Part shown: one piece after another, positions 28,458 to 37,657 of the stretch | Position numbering within the stretch: position 1 is the stretch's first letter | Layout of the letters: each line of letters opens with the position of its first letter | Assembly (NCBI GenBank): GCA_963675595.2 | Contig: CAXXLZ010000002.1 | Location: forward strand, 1,536,001-1,600,000 | Reading direction: 5' to 3' | DNA: 64,000 bases | Source: Thermodesulfobacteriota bacterium | GTDB taxonomy: Bacteria; Desulfobacterota; Desulfarculia; JACQYL01 | The notes under the pieces: generated by a model | What the model was told of the DNA's origin: nothing | What the model saw: only the letters and a program-made list of their open reading frames with translations | Databases searched by the model: none | Made by a program: the position numbers and the translations under genes

Positions 28458-29185
28458 TTTAAGCTGATCGATGAGCTCTTTCGAAAAGTCCGACTTGAAT
28501 TCTAATAGGCTTGATTTGAACATTTCTCGGAAGTCCTCAAGGAGTTCTATTGCTTTCGATTGCGCTTCTCCTTGTGGAATAAGATACTCCACCTCAGTTG
28601 TGTCATTAGATAGGGCTCTATGACCGATAAATAATGCGCTTGGTCCTGTTTTTCCCTGACCCTCTGTGCCAATGAGAGTGAGACACCTACCCGTTGATAA
28701 ATTAGTGTAGGGCGGGTAGGAGATGGAGCATGATGAAGCACAGAGAGAAAGAGAATCCGGATGAGGGAATCGTGGTAACGGAGGGAGTCCGTAGGACGAC
28801 CGGAGTTACCACGATCGGGAAGCACGTCACGGTCCCCGACCCGGAGGTTCCAGAGAAGAAGCCTCGTCGCAGATTTACAGCCCGGTACAAGCTGAGAATC
28901 CTGGAGGAAGCCGATGCGTGTACTGAACCGGGCCGGCTCGGGGCTCTACTTCGGCGAGAAGGCCTGTATTCTTCGAGTCTGGCGACATGGCGTAGACAAC
29001 GTGACCAGGGGCAGTTGAGTGCGCTTGGGCCAAAGAAGCGAGGCCGGAAGCCCAAGCAGAAGAACCCTATGGCAGAGCGGGTGGCCCGGCTTGAAAGGGA
29101 GAACCGCCGTCTCGAGAATCAACTGAAACAGGCGCGAACCATTGTCAAGCCCCCAGTTTTTGGTCCAGGAGTTATGAGAGTTTTA

Positions 29186-30090
29186 TCATGACTCGCGGTT
29201 TTCCATCCCCGGCCCTTGGGGCCACGGCGAAGCCGAGCTGAGCGAGGCGGAGTCGAGGCCCCAAGGGCTCGCCGCGAACTGGGCCGGGGTCATGTAATTC
29301 AATGCACTGTGCGGTCTTTCCTCGTTATAGACTTTCCGCCATTTGGCGGCCAGAGTCTGCGCTTCCTTGATGTTGTTGAAAATTTCCATGTTCAAGAATT
29401 CATCCCGAAAACGGCTGTTGAAACTTTCCACGTACCCGTTCTGCCAAGGGGCTCCCGGCTCGACGAAAAAGGTTCCCACTCCCAGGTCTTTCAGCCAATT
29501 TCTCACCTTTTGGGCTATAAATTCGGGACCGTTATCCGATCGAATGCCCGTTGGAACTCCCCGCTCGCCCATCAATCGGCTCAGCTCGTTCAAAACGTCT
29601 TCACCCGTAATGGAGCGGTTGATCCTCAGGGCCAGGTTTTCCCGAGTAAACTCGTCGACAATGGCCAAGCACTTGAACTGACGGCCGTCGACCAAGCGGT
29701 CATGAATGAAATCCAACGTCCAGACATCATTTGCAAAAGCCGCCTTACGCTTGTTGCACGCATTGGCATCAACTCCCAGGAAGCGTTTCTTCTTGGCTTT
29801 TCGAGGTACCTTGAATCCTTCCTCTTTCCAAAGTCTATGAATTCGCTTGTAGTTTACCGCCCACCCCGCATCACGCAGCAGCCGAGTGATCCTACGGCAT
29901 CCAAAACGGGGATGTTCTCCAACCAACCGGTGAAGAGCCTTGATCAGTTCCACCTCATCGTCCCGTTCCTTCGGCTCATAACGTTGGGTGGATCGGTGTT
30001 GACCGGCTACGCGGCAGGCCCGACGCTCTGAAGCGGCATGTTCACTTCGAACATAATCAACCGCTTTCCTACGACGCGCCGGGCTTAGAA
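29186..30090 (-). CDS. nested IS3 OrfB (integrase core), expressed by -1 frameshift
   Basis: WTLDF, RSDNGPEF, PWQNGYVESFN and RPHSAL motifs; GGGAAAC slippery site at the end of orfA. Confidence 0.88.
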
Positions 30091-30366
30091 GTTTCCCTCC
30101 GCAAGATCCTTCAGCATTGCCTTGTCCAACATCAGATCGGCGACCAGCTTTTTTAAGCGTGCATTTTCCTTTTCCAGTTCTTTTAGCCGTTTGGCCTCCT
30201 CAGCCTTCATCCCCCCATACTGGTTTCGCCACCGGTGGTACGTCGCCTCGCTCACCTCCAGCGATTGGCAAACCTGCGCTATCGTCTGCCCTGCCGTCAG
30301 ACGACGGTCCGCGTCTTCAAGTTTCCGGATGATTTGCTCCGCGCTGTGTCTCTTTCTCTTGGCCAT
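30085..30366 (-). CDS. nested IS3 OrfA
   Basis: MAKRKRHSAEQIIRKL...YHRWRNQYGG...ENARLKKLVAD...GNF. Confidence 0.9.
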   Translation of the reverse strand: MAKRKRHSAEQIIRKLEDADRRLTAGQTIAQVCQSLEVSEATYHRWRNQYGGMKAEEAKRLKELEKENARLKKLVADLMLDKAMLKDLAEGNF

Positions 30367-30519
30367 GCAAAAAGTCTCCTTCCGTTCTTTGGGCATTCAG
30401 ACTCTCATTATACATGGACCAATTATCGGGGGGCATTCCACCATCATCGAAGTTCAAAAAAAAATCTCGGAGATACTGGGGATCGCTCAGCCGGACCTGG
30501 ACGACGACGGGAGCAGTTC

Positions 30520-31515
30520 ATGAGCGCGGCGATGGAGTTGCGCACCGAGGTAGGAACCGTGCAGGCATGTGGAGCCATGGGCCTGCCCCGTGCGAGTTTC
30601 TATCGCCTCCTGAAGCCGGCGGCGGCCCGCACACCGCGGCCGGCGCCTCCCTTGGCTCTGAACCCCCGGGAGCGGGAAACCGTGGTCGATCTGCTTAACA
30701 GCTCCCGTTTTCAGGATGATGCTCCCCGTCAGGTCTTTGCCGTCTTGCTCGATGAAGGACATTACTACTGCTCCATCCGGACCATGTACCGGATTCTCAA
30801 AGCGGAATCCGGTGATGTCAAAGAGCGAAGAAAGCAGGCGCGGCGGCCTGTCTATAAAAAGCCCGAGTTGCTTGCGACCGGACCCAACAAAGTGTGGTCC
30901 TGGGATATTACGAAGCTAAAAGGGCCTGTGAAGTGGACCTATTTCCATCTTTACGTGATCATGGACATCTTCAGCCGCTACGTGGTCGGCTGGATGGTGG
31001 CCCATCGGGAAAGCGCCGCTTTGGCCAGGCAGCTCATCGAAGAGACGTGCTTCAAGCAGGATATCAAGTCCGGCCAACTCATCATCCATGCGGATAGAGG
31101 CCCGGCGATGAAAGCGAAGTCCGTAGCCGAGTTCATGGGAGACATTGGAGTGACCAAGACCCACAGCCGACCCTATGTCAGCAATGATAACCCCTACTCG
31201 GAGGCGCAGTTTAAAACCCTCAAGTATTGCCCGAAATTCCCGAAACGGTTTGGATCAATCCAGGATGCCCGGTCTTTCTGCCGGGAGTTCTTCTCCTGGT
31301 ACAACCCCGAGCATCGGCATTCAGGCATCGGGTTGGTCACACCCGAACAGCTCCATTACGGACTCGCCCAGGACATTGTAGCGTGTCGCAGCCAAGTTCT
31401 TCGGGCTGCCTTCCGGAGCAACCCCAACCGTTTCAAAGGAAAGGTGCCACAGCCGCCAAAATTGCCCAAGGCCGCGTGGATCAACAAACCGTCGAGCGAT
31501 GACGTGAGAGTCTAA
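30520..31515 (+). CDS. outer IS3 OrfB (DDE integrase core)
   Basis: WSWDITKL, HADRG, SNDNPYSEAQFKTLKY and HRHSGI motifs. Confidence 0.9.
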   Translation: MSAAMELRTEVGTVQACGAMGLPRASFYRLLKPAAARTPRPAPPLALNPRERETVVDLLNSSRFQDDAPRQVFAVLLDEGHYYCSIRTMYRILKAESGDVKERRKQARRPVYKKPELLATGPNKVWSWDITKLKGPVKWTYFHLYVIMDIFSRYVVGWMVAHRESAALARQLIEETCFKQDIKSGQLIIHADRGPAMKAKSVAEFMGDIGVTKTHSRPYVSNDNPYSEAQFKTLKYCPKFPKRFGSIQDARSFCREFFSWYNPEHRHSGIGLVTPEQLHYGLAQDIVACRSQVLRAAFRSNPNRFKGKVPQPPKLPKAAWINKPSSDDVRV

Positions 31516-32368
31516 TTTCTGAAAACAGGTGTCTCATTTTCATTGACACATTCCGTGAATGAGTTTTTCAATAGCTCGTCCGGTTGAATAGGTGAGGTAG
31601 GACAATGGTAAATCAAATATGATCTGGTGAAGATTTTCGATGCGACCATATCGTTTCTCAAACTCATGTTCATCAAAACGTATTTCATGCCCTTGCCGCT
31701 TGATATGTGTACAGATGATATCTTCAATTTTCCATCGAAAGGTATTCGCGTCTGTAATGTCCGCACCTGAGAGATTCGCGCTCGAGAGATCGGCGTGCAT
31801 CAAGATTGCCTTTTGCAGATTGGCCTCACGCATATTGGATCCGCTCATGTTAGCTTCCGTCAGATTGCAGAAGGCGAGGTTGGCCTTTTGGAAATCTATC
31901 CTGCATAGATACTTCATGCTGAGGTCTTGCCCGCTAAGGTTTGCACCGGCAAGAATAGCTGTGTTCAGTTTCGTATTAGTTAGATTCACTCCTCTCAAGT
32001 CCACATCGCTGAGGACCGCTCCGCTGAGGTCAACCCACTCAAGTTTGCCACCCCTGAGGTCAGCACCAGTGAGGTCCGCGCCTCCAATATCCGCACCGCT
32101 GAGATTGGCTCCAATGAGGATCGCACTCCAGAGGGTCGCACCGATGAGATTCGCTCCGCTGAGATTCGTACCAATGAGATTTGCACCGCCGAGATACGCG
32201 CCCCTGAGATCGGCCCCAATGAGGACGGCCTCGCTTAGGATCGCATCGTTTAAGATCGCATCTGTCACCACCGGAATTAAATGTCATGTAAACGCCGGAA
32301 TGAAATGTCCTCCCAGATGAGCGAAAGGTATTACCTTCAGCGCAACGAGAAAGAGCTGGAGGTGGCCG

Positions 32369-33556
32369 ATGCTCAAGAAGGAGGACTGGGTGGAAATCAG
32401 AACACAAGTTGAGAGAGGCGTCTACAAGAAAGACGTGGCGGAGAAGCTGGGAGTGCATCCACGGACCGTCAGCAGGGCCCTGGAACGCGGAGGAGCACCG
32501 ACGGGAAGGAAAAGCGTCGTCCGAGGAAACAAGCTGGACCCCTTCAAACCGGTGATCGACGGATTGCTCCGGGAGGGCGTTTGGAACGCGATGGTGATTC
32601 TGCGAGAGATCCAGGCGCGGGGTTACAGAGGCGGCATCACCATTTTGAGGGCGTATATTCACCCGAAGCGTCCCTTGAGGCGGAGCCGGGCCACGGTACG
32701 ATTCGAGACCGGTCCGGGCGAGCAGCTGCAAAACGATTGGGGAGAGTTGATCACCACGGTGGCCGGAACTCCTCGAAAGGTCTTTTTCAACGTAAGCACT
32801 CTGGGCTTTTCCCGTCGCTTCTTTTTCTGGTGTTCGGAAAGAAACGATTCCGAGCACACCTACGAAGGACTGATTCGCGCCTTCGAGTACTTCGGCGGAG
32901 CAACCCGGGAGGTGCTGGTGGATAACCTCAAGGCGGCGGTGATCAGTCACAGGATCGGGGAGAGCGTTCGGTTCAATGAGCGATTCGTCGACTTGGCCGG
33001 GCACTATGGTTTCAACCCAAAGGCCTGTCGGCCTCGGAGAGCACGGACCAAAGGCAAAGACGAACGGATGGTGGGATATGCCAAGCACCACTTCTTTGTC
33101 CGTTACCGCGAGTTCGAGAGCTTCGACCAAATGAACGAGTTGGCCGAGCAATGGCTGAGAGACGAAGCCGACAAGAGGCTTCACGGTACGGTCAAGGAAA
33201 TCGTGATCGAGCGGTTCGGCCGGGAGGCGGAGCACCTCAAACCTCTTCCCGCCCGGCGTTATGACACTTCCTATGTGGAACACCGTTCGGTCCATTGGGA
33301 CGGCTATATCGACGTTCTGGGCAACCGCTACAGCGTGCCTTCCGAATATTGCGGTCAAACGGTGAGAATACGCATCGGCCTGAACGGAGAGCTTCGGGTC
33401 TATGCCGGGGAGTGCATGGTGGCCGAGCACACCCTGCGAAGCACCGCCGAGGGCTGGGTGAAGGTCCCCTCCCATCATGCGGAACTGTGGCGTGACGCTC
33501 TTCAAGTCCAACGAAGGGACCTCTCCGTCTATGAGGAGGTGGGCCGATGGAATTAG
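32369..33556 (+). CDS. istA: IS21 transposase IstA (short, IS100-like)
   Basis: RFETGPGEQLQNDW, LVDNLK, RTKGKDER and NRYSVP motifs. Confidence 0.92.
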   Translation: MLKKEDWVEIRTQVERGVYKKDVAEKLGVHPRTVSRALERGGAPTGRKSVVRGNKLDPFKPVIDGLLREGVWNAMVILREIQARGYRGGITILRAYIHPKRPLRRSRATVRFETGPGEQLQNDWGELITTVAGTPRKVFFNVSTLGFSRRFFFWCSERNDSEHTYEGLIRAFEYFGGATREVLVDNLKAAVISHRIGESVRFNERFVDLAGHYGFNPKACRPRRARTKGKDERMVGYAKHHFFVRYREFESFDQMNELAEQWLRDEADKRLHGTVKEIVIERFGREAEHLKPLPARRYDTSYVEHRSVHWDGYIDVLGNRYSVPSEYCGQTVRIRIGLNGELRVYAGECMVAEHTLRSTAEGWVKVPSHHAELWRDALQVQRRDLSVYEEVGRWN

Positions 33557-34335
33557 CCCGACTCCTCGAGAAAATGAAGATGGAGCACCTTCTGATGCAG
33601 ATCGACGCCGTATGTGAGCAGGCGTCCAAGAAGGACCTCCCTTACCGGGAGTTTCTCACCGAAGCTCTTCAGACCGAGTGGAGGGGTCGACGCACCAAGG
33701 CCGTGGAAGCCCGGCTCAAGATGGCGCGGTTTCCCTGGGTGAAGACCCTCGATCAATTTGATTTTCTCTTCCAACCAAGCATTGATCGGAAGGTGATTCG
33801 CGAACTCGGCGGACTCTCCTTCGTGGATCGGGCGGAAAACGTCATCTTGTTGGGTCCTCCCGGAGTGGGCAAGACCCACCTGGCCATCGCCCTCGGGGTC
33901 AAGGCCGTTGAGGCCGGCTATCGGGTCCTGTTCCTCACGCTGGAATCCATGCTGACCCGATTGAGCCGGGCCAGGATGGAGAACCGTGCGGAGAGGCAAC
34001 TCCAGCAGTTCGTCTATCCCAAGCTGCTCATCATCGACGAAATGGGATATCTGCCCATGAGCCGGGACGAGGCGGGGCTTTTCTTCCGGCTCCTCACCAG
34101 AAGATATGAGAGGGCCTCCCTGATCGTCACGTCCAACAAGAGCTTCGTGGACTGGGGAGAAATCTTCAACGATCAAGTCCTGGCCACGGCCATCCTGGAC
34201 CGGCTTCTGCATCACTGCACCACCCTCAACATCAAGGGGGAAAGCTACAGACTCAAGGAGAAGCGCAAAGCGGGCCTCGTGGGTTCCACACACGGCGCCG
34301 ACATCACGGAAGCTCAAACCTCCGACGCGGCTTAG
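33547..34335 (+). CDS. istB: IS21 helper ATPase IstB
   Basis: GPPGVGKTH, LIIDEMGY, TSNK and ILDRLLH motifs. Confidence 0.93.
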   Translation: MELARLLEKMKMEHLLMQIDAVCEQASKKDLPYREFLTEALQTEWRGRRTKAVEARLKMARFPWVKTLDQFDFLFQPSIDRKVIRELGGLSFVDRAENVILLGPPGVGKTHLAIALGVKAVEAGYRVLFLTLESMLTRLSRARMENRAERQLQQFVYPKLLIIDEMGYLPMSRDEAGLFFRLLTRRYERASLIVTSNKSFVDWGEIFNDQVLATAILDRLLHHCTTLNIKGESYRLKEKRKAGLVGSTHGADITEAQTSDAA

Positions 34336-35113
34336 CCGCATGGCGAGTAACCGACTCGCGGAAGGCGCGAAGCCGCAATGTCGGGCGAGCGGGAGAAGCG
34401 GCACCCCATAAGTGCCGCGCCGCTCGCGCAGAGACATTGCCGGCGGAAGCGCCGGGCGGTTCCCCGCTCTCAATGCCCGGCGAAGCAACCGCCATCCCGA
34501 GTCGTCGGACCCATATCAACCCAATGAAACCGTTGTTTAGTGGACAAAATCAGGTGGCCTTGACAGCATCGCTCAGATCGCCATTCCTTAAGCGCACCAA
34601 ACTAAGGTTTGCCTCGCTGAGATATGTTCTGCGTAAGTCGGCGCTCTCCATGTCCGCTCCTGCCAAGTTTAACCCGACGAGTTCTTTCCCGCGGAGGATC
34701 GCACCGCGGAGATGCCACAGCCCTTCCGGCATCGGTCCCTGAACGGCGCCTATCTCAACGAGTTTCCGCCAAGTCTCTTCTTGGGTCATGTCAACCACCC
34801 TGCGCCCTTGCGGTTGGGAAAAGATAAATTTGGCTAATTCTTAGCGCAATTCAACGGGAAAGGAAATAACGAATTGGGAATTGGGGAAATGGACGGAAGG
34901 GTGAAGTGGTGAAGAAAGCGGTGAGCAAAACGGGCCGAAGTTTCTCAAATCATCTGCCAAAAGTTCTCAAATTGGGTGCGGAACAACAGTTCACACCGAT
35001 TTAGACTTTTCTATAAATTTCATTCATTTTAAGAAAATAGTGCGGTTTTTGAGAAAACCGCACACCAGCACAAATAAAAAAAGGTCAGGAGGTCTCCTAA
35101 CCTATTGAAATCA

Positions 35114-35159
35114 TGGCGCGCCCGGCATGATTCGAACATGCGACCTACGGATTCGTAGT
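35114..35159 (-). other. 3' half of tRNA-Arg(ACG): integration (att) site remnant, not a functional tRNA
   Basis: Reverse complement CTACGAA-TCCGT-AGGTC-GCATG-TTCGAAT-CATGC-CGGGCGC-G-CCA; no D-arm or 5' acceptor strand; 155 bp from an integrase. Confidence 0.85.
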
Positions 35160-35313
35160 TCTTTTTTGATTGCATCACTCACCATCACGCGCCCTCCTAT
35201 AAAACACAAAAAACTTGCCATATCAATATATTAATGCTATTCAATGTTTCACTTGGAATCACTCAAGTTTGTCGCCTTCACATAAAAATGTGGGAGAGGT
35301 ATGGGAGAGAAAA

Positions 35314-36540
35314 ATGGCCGTAAAGTGGCTCGGCACAAGGTTTCCCGGAGTAAGATATTATGAGCATCCTGAAAGAAAACACGGGGTCAGGCGGGACAGG
35401 TACTATACCATCCGGCTCCGTGTGGATGGTAAAGCCACCGAAGAGGGCCTCGGCTGGGCCAGCGAGGGGTGGAGTGAGACCAAGGCAGCAACGGAACGCG
35501 CCCGCCTTCAGACGGCTCGGAAAACGGGTGAAGGCCCGGTAACCCTTTCAGAGAAGCGAAACGTTGCGAAGGCCAAGCGTGAGGCGCAGGAAGCACGGAG
35601 GCTCAAGGAAGAGAGGGAGCGAATCACCTTTCGTGACGTCTTCCTGGATCACTACTTCCCCGCCCAGCAGGGCAACAAGCATCCCAGAAGCATCGCCCGC
35701 GAGGAGCAATGTTTCAGGCTGTGGATTCTTCCCGCCTTCGGAGACACGGCCATGAAAGCCGTAACGCCCTTTGACCTGGAGCGGCTCAAGAAGCAAATGC
35801 TTGATGCAGGCCGCGCCCCCGCGACGGTACGATATGCCCTGGCAACGGTTAGGCAATGCTTCAACTTCGCTCGACGGCACGGTTTGATCGAGGTGGATTC
35901 GCCCACGGACAAAGTGAGGGTGAAGATGAACGACAACAGACGCCTCCGCTACCTGACCAAGGTCGAGGCCTCCCTGCTGATGGACCATTTGAAGGCTCGT
36001 TCTACGGAAACGTGGTGCGTCGCATTGGTTTCATTGCATTGCGGGTTGCGGTACGGCGAGATCAGGAATCTTTGCTGGTCGGACGTGGACACGGAACGGT
36101 CGTTCCTCACTATTCGCGACCCAAAGGGCAAGACCAATCGGACCGTTTACATGACCGAAGAAGTGAAGCGAATGTTTCAATCCAGGGCCCCTGGGAGCCC
36201 GTCGGACAACGTGTTCGAGGGGAAATCTCGCGGCGGCAAATCCCCCCAGGTTTCCAAGACGTTCAATCGGAGCGCTACGGAACTTCGCCTGAACGAGGGA
36301 ATCAGCGATCCCAGACAGAAGGTCGTGTTTCATACACTGAGACATACGTTTGCGAGTTGGCTTGCGGAGGCGGGAGTCGATATCTATACAATCGCGACGA
36401 TCTTGGGGCACAAGGAGTTGAAGATGACTCAACGATATTCCCACCTTGGGAATGGAGCCATACAGAGAGCGGTCTTAGCTCTTGAGAATGAGCTCGAACG
36501 GAATCGGTCGGGACCGGCAAAGACAAAAGCTGAAACCTAG
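35314..36540 (+). CDS. tyrosine recombinase / phage-type integrase
   Basis: CGLRYGE, PKG, HTLRH, LGH and TQRYSH catalytic motifs; N-terminal arm-binding-like region. Confidence 0.93.
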   Translation: MAVKWLGTRFPGVRYYEHPERKHGVRRDRYYTIRLRVDGKATEEGLGWASEGWSETKAATERARLQTARKTGEGPVTLSEKRNVAKAKREAQEARRLKEERERITFRDVFLDHYFPAQQGNKHPRSIAREEQCFRLWILPAFGDTAMKAVTPFDLERLKKQMLDAGRAPATVRYALATVRQCFNFARRHGLIEVDSPTDKVRVKMNDNRRLRYLTKVEASLLMDHLKARSTETWCVALVSLHCGLRYGEIRNLCWSDVDTERSFLTIRDPKGKTNRTVYMTEEVKRMFQSRAPGSPSDNVFEGKSRGGKSPQVSKTFNRSATELRLNEGISDPRQKVVFHTLRHTFASWLAEAGVDIYTIATILGHKELKMTQRYSHLGNGAIQRAVLALENELERNRSGPAKTKAET

Positions 36541-37080
36541 TAGGTGGCTCTGTGCATGTGTTTTTTTGGGGAAAGCGGAAAAGGAAGCTCCAGTTTCACC
36601 ACGAAATGTGAAGCATGTAGTGCGAAAGAAATGGAAGGACGAGCGCACCGCGCAGGCTCGGCTCGGAATGGCCTTCAAGCTGGTCTACCAGGCGAGCGTT
36701 ATAAGGAGCGATGGGTGCGTTCGAAGTCCTTCGATTGAGAACAACGAATTCTTCACGAAGGAAGTGATCAGGGTCTTCGAAGTGATGAACAAGATTGCGG
36801 AGCAGGTTGGAGTGGATGGGGGTGCCTCTGGGTGAGGGGCTTCGAAATTGAGCAAGGATGTCCATCCGACCAAGGAATCCATCTCGAGCAGGTACAGGAT
36901 GATCAGTATGATGGAATGCTTCAATTGGAAGCGGACCCCAAGGTTGGTACCAATTTAGCCCGAGAATAAGGTGTATCCTTTTGGGTTTGAGCCCGCCATC
37001 CGCATGGCGAACTTGGCCGGGCCGAGCGGGGCCTTGAGCCTCTCAGACGAGGCCAACCTTGTGGATGGTCGTATTTCCTT

Positions 37081-37512
37081 TCAATGGGCCGCTTCCCGCA
37101 CCATGTCCGTCTCCCGGCAGACTTCGGACGGAGTTTTTCCCTTGACAGTCTGATGGGGCCGGGGGTTATTGTGATGCTCGAAGTGGGTTCGCAATCCGTC
37201 CGGCAATTCCTTCATCAACTCGTGTTCTTTGATGTAGATGTCTCCGTACTTCAACGACTGCCAAGGACGCTCGATCATGATGTCGTCCGTGAACGCGGCT
37301 CCCGTGTATTGGGTGCCCTCGCTCGTATTGAAGATACCAGGCTTTCCATGGCGCCTCAATGCACGCTCCGAAGCGCTCGCGCAGAAGGAGTCGTCCACGG
37401 TCGCCGAAATCTCCAAGACAACACGCACCGGCTGTGCCGATCCAACACGGCGGACGGTCCGGCATCGGTGCATACGCGATATCGATCGCCTCCAGAGCCA
37501 CCTTTCTTTCAC
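37081..37512 (-). pseudogene. degenerate IS3-family integrase-core remnant
   Basis: KPGIFNTSEGTQYT, IERPWQSLKY and RPHQT..GKTP fragments with deletions and lost catalytic residues. Confidence 0.75.
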
Positions 37513-37657
37513 CTTGGGCCGTTCTCAGCCCTTGGTCCTATCTCAGAGGCCGCTTCCGAGTGCCCATGTTTCCTGGCCTGGAAATTGCCTAATGGGCTTA
37601 TCGAATCAAACGTTTTCCATGACTTAATTCCCACAGAGCGACCACATAATCGCTTTA

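Larger units (their letters stand above)
29143..30440 (-). mobile_element. nested IS3-family element (IS407-like, 1298 bp)
   Basis: TG...CA ends with TGGACCAA-containing IRs; 4-bp TSD CCAT at 29139-29142 and 30441-30444. Confidence 0.9.
28730..30523 (+). pseudogene. outer IS3 orfA, interrupted at 29143-30440
   Basis: RRRFTARYKLRIL...LLRREGLYSS; rejoins as ARTIIEVQKKISEILG with an A9 slippery tract. Confidence 0.85.
28660..31555 (+). mobile_element. IS3-family element (outer), interrupted by a nested IS3
   Basis: IRs TGTGCCAATGAGAGTGAGACACCT (28665) / AGGTGTCTCATTTTCATTGACACA (31550); TGA duplicated at 28657-28659 and 31556-31558. Confidence 0.85.
32263..34565 (+). mobile_element. IS21-family element B (2303 bp)
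   Basis: TGTCA...TGACA ends; 5-bp TSD GCATC at 32258-32262 and 34566-34570. Confidence 0.92.
28458..34789 (-). pseudogene. pentapeptide-repeat protein gene split by IS elements (pieces 34789-34566, 32257-31556, 28656-28458)
   Basis: A(D/N)LxG repeats; removing the ISs and one TSD copy each gives 1125 nt (375 codons) in frame. Confidence 0.88.

Noticed and set aside
35114-35190. Complete tRNA-Arg gene
   Set aside because: Only the anticodon loop to CCA is present; the sequence where the D-arm and 5' acceptor strand should be is unrelated.
36482-36835. Small ORF after the integrase (excisionase or other island gene)
   Set aside because: No clear start or HTH motif; could be a gene fragment but cannot be supported.
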